Origin: Felis catus
Taxonomy: Eukaryota
Reading direction: 5' to 3'
Assembly (NCBI RefSeq): GCF_018350175.1
Contig: NC_058368.1
Location: 229,960,001-230,024,000, forward strand
DNA length: 64,000 bases
Position 1 is the stretch's first letter, and every line of letters starts with the position of its first letter. The notes below the pieces were generated by a model, which saw nothing but the letters and a program-made list of their open reading frames with translations, was not told where the DNA came from and did no database searches. The translations under genes were made by a program, and so were the position numbers. Positions 13,345 to 24,545 of the stretch are shown piece after piece.

Positions 13345-14283
13345 ATGAGGAAACAAAGGAATATGTTCCAAATGAAAGAATAAGACAAAACCTCATTAAA
13401 ACAAAACAAAACAAAACAAAACCTTAATGAAACAGAGATAAGTATCTACCTGATAAGAGTTCAAAGTAATAGTCAAAAGATGCTCACTGAACTCAAGAGA
13501 AGAATGGATGAACATTGGGATAACTTCAACGAAGAGATAAAGACTATAAGAGAATACCAAACAAGAAGGCACAGAGGTGAAGAGTACGACAGCCACACTG
13601 AAAAATACACGAGAGGGGTTTAACAGCAGACTAGATAAAGCAGAACAAATCAGTGACCTGGAAGACTAGGCAGTGGAACTCACTCAAACAGAACAGCAAA
13701 AAGAAAAAAAATCATAATAATTGTGAAAGTGAAGATAGTTTAAGAGACGTGGGAGACCAGACCAGCAGGATAACATTTTCATTATAGGGGTCCCAGAAGG
13801 AGAACAAGACAGAGGAGACAGGCAGTTTATTTGAGGAAACAATGGTTGAAAACTTGTTTAACCTGGGGAAGGAAACAGACACCTAGGTCCAGGAAGTGCA
13901 AGACAGTTCCAAATAAAATAAACCCCAAGAGATCCAAGCTAAGATACATTATAATTAAAATGTCAAAATTTACAGATGAGGGAATCTTGAATAAAGCAGC
14001 AAGAGAAAACAACTTGTTATGTACAAGGGAACCCCCATAAGACTGGCAGCTGATTTTTCAGTGAAACTTTGCAGGCCAAAAAGGAGTGGTATAATATAGT
14101 CAACGTTCTGAAAGAAAAACAAAAACAAAAACAAAAACAAACTTCCAAACAAGAATACTTTAACTGGCAAGGTTGTTATTCAGAATTGAAGGAGATGTAA
14201 AGAGTTTACCAAACAAGCAAAATCAAAAGGAGTTCATCACCACTAAACTGGCCTTACAGGAAGTGTTAAAGGGACTTCTTTAG
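13345..14283 (+). pseudogene. Disrupted L1 ORF1p coding remnant
   Basis: Fragments such as VPNKINPKRSKLRYIIIKMSKF...ILNKAARE (ORF track 13831-14040) and the C-terminal TKLALQEVLKG motif; frameshifted. Confidence 0.85.
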
Positions 14284-14830
14284 GCAGAAAAGAGAAGACA
14301 CTAGCTAATAATGAGTTAATATATAAAAATAAAAATCTTATTGGTAAAGGTAGAGGTAGTGGGTCAACCACTTTTAAGCTAGTGTAAATGTTAAAAGGCA
14401 AAAGTAGAAAATTAGTTATAATAATTACTTAAGTGATACACAAAAATAAAAAGCTGTAAAATGTGATATTAGAAACGTTAAACATGGGAGAAGGGAGTAA
14501 AAAAAGTAGAGGTTTTAGAAATTGTTCAAGTTTAAGTTGTTATCAGCTTAAACTATACTGTTTTATATGCATAAATATAGGTTATTCTATGTAAACTTCA
14601 TAGTAATCACAAAGCAAAAACTTACAGAACATACACAAAAGATAATGGGAAATGAAGCTAAGCATAACATTAAAGAAAGTCATTAACCACAAAATAATAG
14701 AGAGGAACTACAAAATTAGGCATAAAACAATGAACAAAAGGGCAATAATTACATACCTATCAATAACTACTTTAAGTGTAAGTGGACCATATTCTCCAGT
14801 CAAAAGACATAGAATGGCTTAATAGGAAAA

Positions 14831-14926
14831 GAAGAAGAAGAGGAAGAGGAAGAGGAAGAGGAAGAAGAAGAAGAAGAAGAAGAAGAAGAAGAAGAAGAAG
14901 AAGAAAAAGAAGAAGACGACGACGAC
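14831..14926 (+). repeat. Compound triplet repeat (GAA)/(GAGGAA)/(GAA)15/(GAC)4
   Basis: Direct reading; pure GAA run 14861-14905; lies in the A-rich spot of the L1 ORF2 EN region. Confidence 0.95.
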
Positions 14927-15689
14927 TCATCTATATAAATTGACAATAAGAGATTCAATGCAGAGCTAAGGACACACACAGACTGAAAGTGAAGGGATGG
15001 AAAAAGTTATTCCAGGCAAATGGAAACATAAGGGAAGCTGGTATAGACATGCTTATGTCAAATAAAATAGACTTTTAAACAAAATCTGTAATAAAAGACA
15101 AAGAATGACATTACATAATGGTAAAGGCATCAACCCAACAAGAGGCTATGACATTTGTAAATGTGTATGTATACAACATACAAGTACCTAAATGTATAAA
15201 GCAAATATTAACAGACTTAAAGGGAGAAATAGACAGCAATACTATAAACTGTAGGTGAATTTAACACCCCTTTTGCATCAATGGATAAATCAGGAAGAAA
15301 ATCAATGAAATACCTGCCTTAAGTGACACATTAAACCAGATAGACTTAGTGGATATATACAGAGCATTCCATCCCCAAGTAGCAGAATATACATTCTTCT
15401 CAAATGTGCATGAAACACTCCAGGATAGATCACATGTTGGGCCACAAAACAAGCCTCAATACACTTAAGAAGGTTAAAATCCTATCAAGTATCTTTTTTT
15501 AACACAGCGGTATGAAGCTACAAGTCATTTACTAGAAGAAAACTGGAAAAAAATCATAAATCTGTGGGGATTAAATAATATGCCATTGAACAAGCATTGG
15601 GTCAGTGCGGGAATCATGGAGAAATAAAAAAATACCTTAAGAAAAAGGAAAATGGAAATACATTCATCCAAAACTTTTATACTAACCCA

Positions 15690-16050
15690 CTAATAGACTT
15701 TCACAGTTATTACCATCCTTGTGTTAAATTTCTTACTACCTCCATCCTCATTTATGGCCTTACTGCCTCAAGTAGCAGCATCTTGCCTGGTCTCTATATG
15801 TGAATCTCATCGCATTTCCAGTCACCTGCTAAAGCTCAGCTAGATTCAAATTTTCAACACACACTGTTGATAGCATCACATCATCTCCAGATTCTTCAGA
15901 AGCTTCCCCTTTGCCAGTCTAATAAAGACTTTATTGGCAGCCAAAGAAGTCCAAAATCTAATTTCATCTATCTTTTCATTACTTTAGTACAAGTACCCAG
16001 TATTTTAATCTGTTTAGTTTTTACTGTTCACCTCAAAGTGTTCATTAATA
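15690..16050 (+). mobile_element. L2 fragment
   Basis: Pyrimidine-rich L2-like text (cttgcctggtctct..., gcttcccctttgcc..., gtgttcattaatatt). Confidence 0.4.
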
Positions 16051-16099
16051 TTAGTTAAAGACTGTTACTCTGGTAGTAACAATTATTCTTAACACGTGT

Positions 16100-16700
16100 T
16101 TGACTGGAAGTCTGCTTCTGGTCATAAAGAAGTAATTGGTAGAAGAGGGACTCTTAACGGCATGAGTGGCTGTAACGCCGAACAAGTATATGAGGCACTA
16201 GTTTCCAAGACTGCACAGCAGGTGGTGCAGGACTTGATTCTTGAGAGAAAAGAAACAGAAGAGAGGAGACTCCAATTTATCCCAGCTTTCATTCTAGAAG
16301 TGGTTTCCCAACACTGACACAAAGGAGAGAACGTGGATGTCTCTCTCTGAGTTAAGGAGCAGATACCAGAGTTTGAAACTTCTAGAATTTGAACAGCTGG
16401 GTATCAGAGAAGAGGAAAATGTACAATTTTCATGTGATGACCCTTCATGCAGAGGATGAGACCCCAAAAGGCTGTAAACAGAACAGCTTCTTTGGAAGGC
16501 AGAGCTGAATGGAGATATCAGAGGTCGTGTGGTCCTGAATGATGCTGGAGTCCTGGTCCATCCAGAAGAAAATAGGCCTACTGAGCACCTAAGACATTCC
16601 ATTGAGACCCCACAAAAAGCCACATTTGGAAATAGGAACCACAGCCGAGAGTAAAACTGATCACCTAGTCCTAAGGAGAGAAACAGAATACATTGGTACT
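16100..16700 (+). mobile_element. Probable old L1M 5'UTR-like fragment
   Basis: Resembles ancient L1 5' region (ctctctgagttaaggagcagataccagagttt); collinear with the downstream L1M ORF2 remnant across the MER21 LTR. Confidence 0.35.
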
Positions 16701-16714
16701 ATCAAATCATAAGA

Positions 16715-17487
16715 TCAGGTCTGAGTCTGGGGTGTTTTCTACCCCCAATTGCTAATTCTCTGAATCTCTGGATACCAACTGGGTGTTCAGTAATTCAGTT
16801 CTGACACTAACAACCCAGAGTTAATGGAGACCCCACAAGTTAAATACTCATTTCAGCAAGTTTGCACCTTGCTTCACATGTGAATCACACACCCCAGGAG
16901 CCACCTGTACTGCTGACCAACCAACTGTAAACTAGGGATTCCCACAACCCCCTCCTCAGGTCTTATAGTTTGCTAGAATGACTCACGGAAATCAGGAAAA
17001 TGATTTACTTACTGTTACTGGTTTAATATGAAGGATATAACTCAGGAACAGTGAAACAGAAGAGATGCATTGGGCAAGAAATGAGAGGAAGGGGGGAGGG
17101 CTTTCATACCCTCTCAGCCTGCCTCACCTTCCCAGCACCTTAATGTGTTTCCCAACCCCAAAGCTGTCTGAACCCCATCATTTAGGGTTTCAGAGGGTTT
17201 TGTTGAGGTTTCATTATATAGGCATCATTGACTAAATCATTGACTGCTGTTGATTGACTCAGTCTCCAGCATCTCTCCACTGCTGCCCTCTTCCTCCATG
17301 TTGGGAGCTGGGACTAAAATTCCAAACTTCTGATCAAGGCTTAGTCTTCCTTATAACCAGTCACCATCCTGAAGGTATCTAAGAACTGTCAATAGTTTGC
17401 TTCATTAGAAGAATAGACACTCCTATTACCCTTATATGGAAGTTCCAAGGGTTTTAGGAGATCTGTGCCAGGAACTCAGGACAAAAA

Positions 17488-17490
<3 letters not shown>
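16715..17490 (-). mobile_element. ERVL solo LTR, MER21-like
   Basis: Reverse complement of 17440-17490 reads tggtttttgtcctgagttcctggcacagatctcctaaaacccttggaactt, the MER21 5' motif; length about 780 bp fits. Confidence 0.75.

Positions 17491-17535
<45 letters not shown>
17489..17535. repeat. (CA)n microsatellite
   Basis: Direct reading. Confidence 0.95.
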
Positions 17536-17536
<1 letters not shown>

Positions 17537-17639
17537 ACTGAGAGAATCAAGATACTCTGACTGTAATTCAGCTATCTGTTCGAGAAAACATTAACACACT
17601 TTATTGGGGAACTTAATAACTCGCAGTTCCTACAATGAA

Positions 17640-19167
17640 TCATCACAAAAGAGAAAAATACAGAAATATGGAAGATTAAACCCAACCTTATTAAAAATTA
17701 TATTAAGTGTAAATGGGCTAAACATTCCATTTCAAGGGTAGAAATTGTCATATTGTGTAAAAACAATACTAAACTATATGCTGTCTACAAGACTGTGCTT
17801 GAAATATAATGTCATAGATAATTTTGAAAATAGAAAAAATTTATTGAATACAAATAGTAAGCATAAAAAAGCTGGTGTCAGATCATTAATTTAAATAATT
17901 GATTAATCACTGACAAAGTAGACTTTGAGGAAATAGAAATAGAGATAAAAGATGTCTTTACCTAGAGGCAGAAAGATATAACAATCCTAATGTGTATATG
18001 CATAAAAACAGAATTTCAAAATATATGCAACCAAAACTGATGGAACTAAAAGGAGAAATAGAAAATGCAGTTGGAGATTTTAGCAAGTAACACAAGTAAA
18101 TGAAAAATCAGTATGTATCTTGAAGGTTTGAACAATGTGTGTGGTTTTGTTGTAAAGGCAGTATATCAGTGAAACACAATGAAATTGAGAAATCCACTCT
18201 ATCTTCATAGTCCATTGATTTTCAGAAAAGACACCAAGGTATTTTGATGAGAATAGGAAAATCTGCAATAGATAGAGGAGGAAAAATTGGATATTTGTGT
18301 AGGGAAAAATTGACCATACCTCACGTGATGCACAAAAATTAACTCAAGATAAATAATATATTGAATTTTAAAAGCTAAAAGTATAAGATTTCTGTATCTT
18401 TTCTACTGATTTTCCTAACAGTGTCTTTTACTATGCATATTTAAAAACATTAAAAAAATCTAAATTGACTTTTTAAAAATCTATATCTTAGAACTTTCCT
18501 GTTCTCTGTAAGAAATCTTTTCCTATGACAAGATTGTTCTCTTATGGCAAGGAAAATACAGCATGTGGACTTTTCATAGATTACAGGTAGGAGTCTAACT
18601 GGGGTAATCATTTTGTAGAAAATTCTGATAGTTAAAAAAAAAACTTAACCATCTACCTACCACATTCCCTAGTGATTCTACTCTTAGAAAACTAGAAACA
18701 TATGTCTAAAAAATAGTGACACCAGGATTTCATAGCTTTGTAATAATAGCCTCTGACAGAAAACAATGAAAATACCCATGATAGATAAGCACATTATGGT
18801 ACAGCCATGGAATGGAGTATCGCCCATCAATTAAAAGGTATACATTCTTCTGAAACATACAACAATATGAGTGAACCACAAAAAAATCATTTTGCTGAGC
18901 AGAAGATGCTGCGCAAAATTAATTTATGGTTCTATTATATAAAGTTCAAAATCAAGCACAACTATACTACAGTGACAAATTAGACAGTGGTTGTGGGTTG
19001 TATGCAAAGGGGCATGAGGATACTTTAAGAGGTGAGAGAAATGTTCTCCATCTTGATTCAGGTGTGAATTACCTGGTTGTATGTATTTAACAACTTATCA
19101 AATTGTATAATTAAAATGTGTGCATTTCACTTTAGGGAAATTTTATCTCAATTAAAAAAAAAAAAAA
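17640..19167 (+). mobile_element. Ancient L1M (L1ME/MD-like) ORF2 and 3' end remnants
   Basis: EN-start motif tgtaaatgggctaaacattcc...tatgctgtctacaagac; L1ME-like 3' end gcaaaggggcatgagg...aaaatgtgtgcatttcact...tctcaattaaaaaaaa; includes a short inverted piece near 18400-18540. Confidence 0.7.
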
Positions 19168-19610
19168 CTACTTCAGTAAATTCAGTTTGACCTGGAAGAA
19201 ACAAATATGTGAGAAAAATACCTTTGAACTCCCCCTCTCTGCATTTTTATCTTATTCTTTTTAATTTATTTTTTTCCATTTAAATTTTTCCAGCCTTCTA
19301 AGCCCATGCAGATGGTTTCTCTGGGAATTACCCTCCATCTACTTGTGTGCGTTCATATAGCAACTATCAGAAATTATTATGCGTTACAGCTATTAGCATA
19401 AATGATATATATGCAAATGCAAAAAATACACTACTTAAGGCAAATAATATACCTGTTTGTTCAAGAAAAAATAATTAATCCAGGCATTGGCCTCAAAGTT
19501 ATAGAATCTGAAGAAAACATAGTGTATTGGTCTTTAAGGCTGTTTTTGTTTTGAATGAATGTGTTCAGTGAATGAATCTATTATTAGAATTTAATCTTCA
19601 GCATTTAAAT

Positions 19611-20253
19611 TATGGTTTATATACACAATGGAATACTACATGGCAATGAGAAAGAATGAAATATGGCCTTTTGTAGCAACGTGGATGGAACTGGAGAGTG
19701 TTATGCTAAGTGACATAAGTCATACAGAGAAAGACAGATACCATATGGTTTCACTCTTATGTGGATCCTGAGAAACTTAACAGAAGACCATGAGGGAGGG
19801 GAAAGGAAAAAAAAAAGAGGTTAGAGAGGGAGGGAGCCAAAACATAAGAGACTCTTAAAAACTGAAAACAGGTGGCTCAGTCGGTTAAGCGTCCAACTTC
19901 AGCTCAGGTCATGATCCCCAGGGTCCATGAGTTTGAGCCCTGCGTCGGGCTTTGTGCTGACAGCTCAGAGCCTGGAGTCTGTTTCAGATTCTGTGTCTCC
20001 CTCTCTCTCTGACCCTCCCCCGTTCATGCTCTGTCTCTCCCTGTCTCAAAAATAAATAAACGTTAAAAAAAATTAAAAAAAAAAAACAAAAAACTGAAAA
20101 CAAACTGAGAGTTGATGGGGGGTAGGTGATGGGCATTGAGGAGGGCACCTGTTAGAATGAGCACTGGGTGTTGTATGGAAACCAATTTGACAATAAATGT
20201 AATATTAAAAAATAAATTAAAAAAATAAAATATTAGATCATCAAAGAAAAAAT
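19611..20253 (+). mobile_element. 5'-truncated felid L1 (ORF2 end + 3'UTR + tail) with nested SINE
   Basis: tggtttatatacacaatggaatactac...gtatggaaaccaatttgacaataaa; perfect TSD aatttaatcttcagc at 19588-19602 / 20254-20268. Confidence 0.95.
19871..20088 (+). mobile_element. Felid CanSINE nested in the L1 3'UTR
   Basis: Slightly 5'-truncated SINE; TSD aaaaactgaaaaca 19857-19870 / 20089-20102. Confidence 0.97.
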
Positions 20254-20326
20254 AATTTAATCTTCAGCTTTCATACTCAATAAAATGTTTCCAGACATTA
20301 AGAATAACAAAGAATTTATACAACTC

Positions 20327-20370
<44 letters not shown>
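20327..20370. repeat. (CA)n microsatellite in L1
   Basis: Direct reading. Confidence 0.95.
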
Positions 20371-20373
<3 letters not shown>

Positions 20374-21040
20374 CAATGTGATTAAAAACTGGGCAGAAGG
20401 CTTGAATAGACATTTTTCCAAAGAAGACACACAGATGGCCAACAGACACAGGACAAGATGCTCAACATCACTCATCATCAGGGAAATGCAAATTAAAACC
20501 ACAATGAGACATCACCTGACACTTGTCAGCATGGCTAAAATCAAAGACAAGAACCAGCAAGTGTTGGCAAGCATGAGGAGAAAAAGGAACCCTTGTGCAC
20601 TGTTTTGTGAGAATGTAAATTGGTGCAGCCACTGTGGAAAACAGTATGGAGGTTCCTCAAAAAATTAAAAATAGAAATATCATATGATCTAATAATTCCA
20701 CTACTGGGCATTTACCTGAAGAAAAAACACTAATTCAAAAAGATCTATGTATCTTTATGTTTATTGCAGTATTGTTTACAGTAGTTTAAATATGGAAGCA
20801 ACTTAGGTGTAGATATGTATATCACGTCCATATCCATTCATCTACTGATGAATTATAATGGAGGATTATGCAGCCAAAAAAAAAAAAGGATAAAATCTTG
20901 TCATTTGTGACAACATGGATGGAAGCTGTTAATGCTAAGTGAATACACTAAGAGGTATTATGCTAAGTGAAATGAGTCAAATAGCAAAAGACAAATACCA
21001 TATGATTTCACTTGTATGTGGAATCTAAGAAAGAAAACAG

Positions 21041-21258
21041 AGGTGCCTAAGTGGTTCAGTTGGTTAAGCATCCGACCCTTGACTTGGGCTCGGGTCATGA
21101 TCTTGCAGTTTGTGAGTTCAGGCCACATGTCAGGCTCTACGCTGACAATGCAGAGACTGCTTGGGATTCTGTCTCTCTCTCTCTCTCTGTCCCTCCTCTG
21201 CTTCCTCACTATCTCTCTCTCATAATAAATAAAAATAAACTTGAAAAAAAACCCAAAA
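21041..21258 (+). mobile_element. CanSINE nested in L1
   Basis: Head aggtgcctaagtggttcagttggttaag, CT tract, A tail; interrupts the L1 3'UTR A-tract. Confidence 0.92.
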
Positions 21259-23925
21259 GAACAAATGAACAAAAAGCAGAATCAGACCTCTAAATACCAG
21301 AGAACACTGATGGTTGCCAGAGGGGTAGGAGGTTGGGGATGTGTAAAATGGGTCTTAGGAGATACAGGCTTCCACTTATAGAATGAGTAAGTCACAGGAA
21401 TAAAATACACATTATAGACAGTATAGTCAATGCCATTATAATAGTGTTGTATGGTGACAGATGGTAGCTACCCTTGTGGTGAACATAGTATAGAGATGTT
21501 GACTCACTCTGTTGTATACCTGAAGTGAGTGTAACATTGTGTGTTGGCTATACTCCAGTAAAAAATTTCAGAAAAAGAGTAACAGTGATGGCGTATAAAT
21601 ATGGCTCCTGACTTTAAGGATCTCACAGCCAATATTCAAGTCAAACAACTGAGTAAAAAACTTACAAAAATTTAGAAAGGTATCAAATGCTACATAAGAT
21701 CAAAAGAAGCAGAATGAAGGAACTTTCTGGTTGGCATGCACAGGTGAGGAGCTTTAAGTTGAGACCTTATAATCTTAACAGCTTTGGAGCATTGCTGAGA
21801 TTACATTAGTTTTGATGTGTAGAAACAGTAATTATATATTGGTCAAGCTAGTACCTGGTTGGGAAGTGTTTCTGGCAAGAGGGGGTATGGAAGGACCCCA
21901 AGGAAAACAAAGTGTGTTGCATTCAAAGAATGGAAAATTTAGTTCAGTTCCAGTAAGGCTGAACTGTGGGGTGAGAGCTGAAACTGGAAGAGCACACAGG
22001 GTCAGAATTGTAGAATCAGTCCACCATTTTTTTTCCAGGTGGGTAAGGAGAACAAGCAGACATTAGAGAAAGAGGGAGAAAGAAAAGCCCTAAAACTTCA
22101 AGCCCCGACACAAGAAATGATGACCACAACCAAAGCTTCATTTGGCCTTCACATGTCTTACGTTTGATATTTTGGAGGGGCCACCACCCATCTGGGGATA
22201 ATCAACTGAACAGGCATCATGAGTCCTCGTTCCCATGTCCCCTGTTCCCATTCCTGTTCCAGTCAAGGAGCTGTTTACTGGGTGGTGCTCTTGCATTAAC
22301 GTACACACTAAGACTTGAAAGCTCTAATGCATTTAGCAAATGTGGGAATTGTGTCTGGATATGTATAGTCCACACCTAAGCTTCTTCTGCAGGAGTTAGG
22401 GATCCATTTTAATAGTGTGTACGCTACTAAGAATATTTGCTATATATATATATATATATGTACACACACACATATATATTGCATACGATTTGTGCACATT
22501 TTACTGAAATGAATTTTTAAAACTTTTTATTAAAATGTTAAATCTTAAATGCTATCCTGTTATACTCACCAATATCTAATTCATTATAGATCCCTAAATT
22601 CTTTTTGCTTATCCTTTGTATACTAAATAAAAATGTGACTCGTTTTTACTACACAAAACCTCAGCTTATAAAATTTCAAATTTTGTACCTGTTTTTGAAA
22701 CACTTAGCATCCAAAAATGCCACATTGTCAGGAAATGTGTTCATATAGTGCCATGTAAATTTTTAATTCACTAATTTGTCACTTCCTCCCGTTAGCAATC
22801 AGCCGTCATTTATGAAGAGCTTACAAGCTAAGTGCCTGGAGAGAGAGAGGGCTTAAGTGACTTTAAGACATTGACTTTAATTTTTTTAGGACCTGGACCA
22901 AGATGAGGGATGTCAGGGCTTTTCAGTTTAGTGAGCTTCCCACTGAATACAGCAATGCAGAATAGAAGAGGAAAGATGGGCTTTCCAGTAATGGATTCTG
23001 TTCATTTGTTAGTCGTCAGTAATTTGACTTGCCTCCTTCTGGTCCAGTCCAGAATGGCAGATGACCTCAGAATGTACCATCACCATCAAGCTTCTGTAAT
23101 ATCCGTGATGTTCAGACAAGCTTGACGTGATGCATACTTACTTATGTCTTATTTTTGCTGTTGGTCTTGATCTCCACTTCTAGAGATTGTATTCTTTGTC
23201 ATCTGTGGAAGGTTAGCGACACCAACTTCATGTAGTGAAGACGTGTCAGTGTGAACACACATACATATACATGCAAGGTGTGTTCAGTACATATGTGTTA
23301 CACATACTTGGTAAAGAATCTTCAGTTTTACAATCTTTATAATAGGTAATATTTACAACCCTTATAAAATTTGAAGGGGGAATTTACTATAATTTGTGGA
23401 TGTAGAGATTCAGAGAATAAATGTTGCAGAATGGATAGATGAAAGATGGATGATGATTGTTTGAAAAATAAAAAATTTACTTTTTATCATAAAAATAAAT
23501 GACATTCTTCTGGATGGTGATTTTAAGAAGATGATTTTCAACTACTTTAAAGATAATTATAAACATCTATATGACAAAAGTCATAGAGTTAATAGGAAAC
23601 AACCCAGATTTTTATGTCATGTCAAATATAAAGCATTGATTTATGAGTATTTGAATTTTATGTGCAAGAGACTTATCAAAATGATTTTGAAAAATATTTT
23701 GACTAGCATGGCAATGAAAAAAGGCATTTAAAACGTACTTGTGAAAAAAGATATTAATCTGAAAAATGGCTTTTTGTATTGTCAGTCTTTAGACTAATTG
23801 TCACTAATTGCCACTACCTGTAACTGTGTGACTAAATGTCAGAATCACAAACACTATTTGAATTATTGCCAAAATTTGAGACACATTAAAATGAAGACAT
23901 ACCATTATTTTATGTACCACTAAGA

Positions 23926-24190
23926 GATAAAGGACAAAAGGAAGGAAGAAGAAAAGAAGCAAAGGAAGGAAGGGAAAGAGGGAGGAGGAATAGGAGGGAG
24001 AGGAAGGGAGGGAGGAAAGAGAGAGGAAGGAAGGAAGGGAGAGAGAGAGGGAGGGATGGAGGGAGGGAGGGAGGGAGGGAGGAAGAGAGAGAGAGACAGG
24101 TAAGAAGGAGGAAGGAAGGAAGGAAGGAAGGAAGGAAGGAAGGAAGGAAGGAAGGAAGGAAGGGAAGAAGGAAAGAAGGAAAGAAGGCAG
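23926..24190 (+). repeat. Polypurine tract with (GGAA)13 and (GGGA)n
   Basis: Direct reading; (GGAA)13 at 24110-24161. Confidence 0.95.
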
Positions 24191-24302
24191 GCCAGCCAGG
24201 GCATGAAGCTTTCTTGGTACTTAATTTTTTAAAATTTTATATATATTGGAAAATCTCTTTTAGATTCATCTAGGTATACAGTTTTCATTATATGGTACAC
24301 AC

Positions 24303-24545
24303 TTTTATTTTTAAGTTTATTTATTTGAGAGAGAGAGAAAGAGGGAGCAAGAGAGAGTGAGAGCATGAGCTAGCCACAGGGGGTTTGGGGGGCAGGCAGA
24401 CAGACTGGGAGAGAGAGAATCCCAAGAGGTTCCACACTGTCAGTACAGAGCCCAATGTGGGGCGCGATCCCATGAACTGTGAGATCATGACCTGAGCCAA
24501 AATCAAGAATCATTTGCTTAACCAACTGATCCACCCAGGCGCCTC
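24303..24545 (-). mobile_element. CanSINE
   Basis: Antisense SINE ending ...ccaactgatccacccaggcgcc. Confidence 0.93.

Larger units (their letters stand above)
12040..15678 (+). mobile_element. LINE-1 5' half (5'UTR, ORF1, spacer, ORF2 endonuclease region); carnivore/L1MA9-like, 3' part absent
   Basis: L1-type start ggggggtggttcaaggtggc; ORF1-like MRKQRNMFQMKE near 13345 and ...KEFITTKLALQEVLKGLL* near 14283; ORF2 start ...TYLSITTLSVSGPYSPVKRHR near 14750; many stops and frameshifts. Confidence 0.92.
20290..21567 (+). mobile_element. 5'-truncated carnivore L1 (L1MA9/L1_Carn-like 3' end)
   Basis: ORF2 C-terminal remnant [23 protein letters not shown]...[21 protein letters not shown] (ORF track 20285-20668); 3'UTR ggtgacagatggtagctac...gtaacattgtgtg. 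Confidence 0.93.

Noticed and set aside
12040..21567. Idea that the 5' L1 half (12040-15678) and the 3' L1 piece (20290-21567) are one element
   Set aside because: They are separated by older L2/L1M/MER21 sequence that could not have inserted later, there is no shared TSD, and the 3' piece has its own weak flanking repeat.
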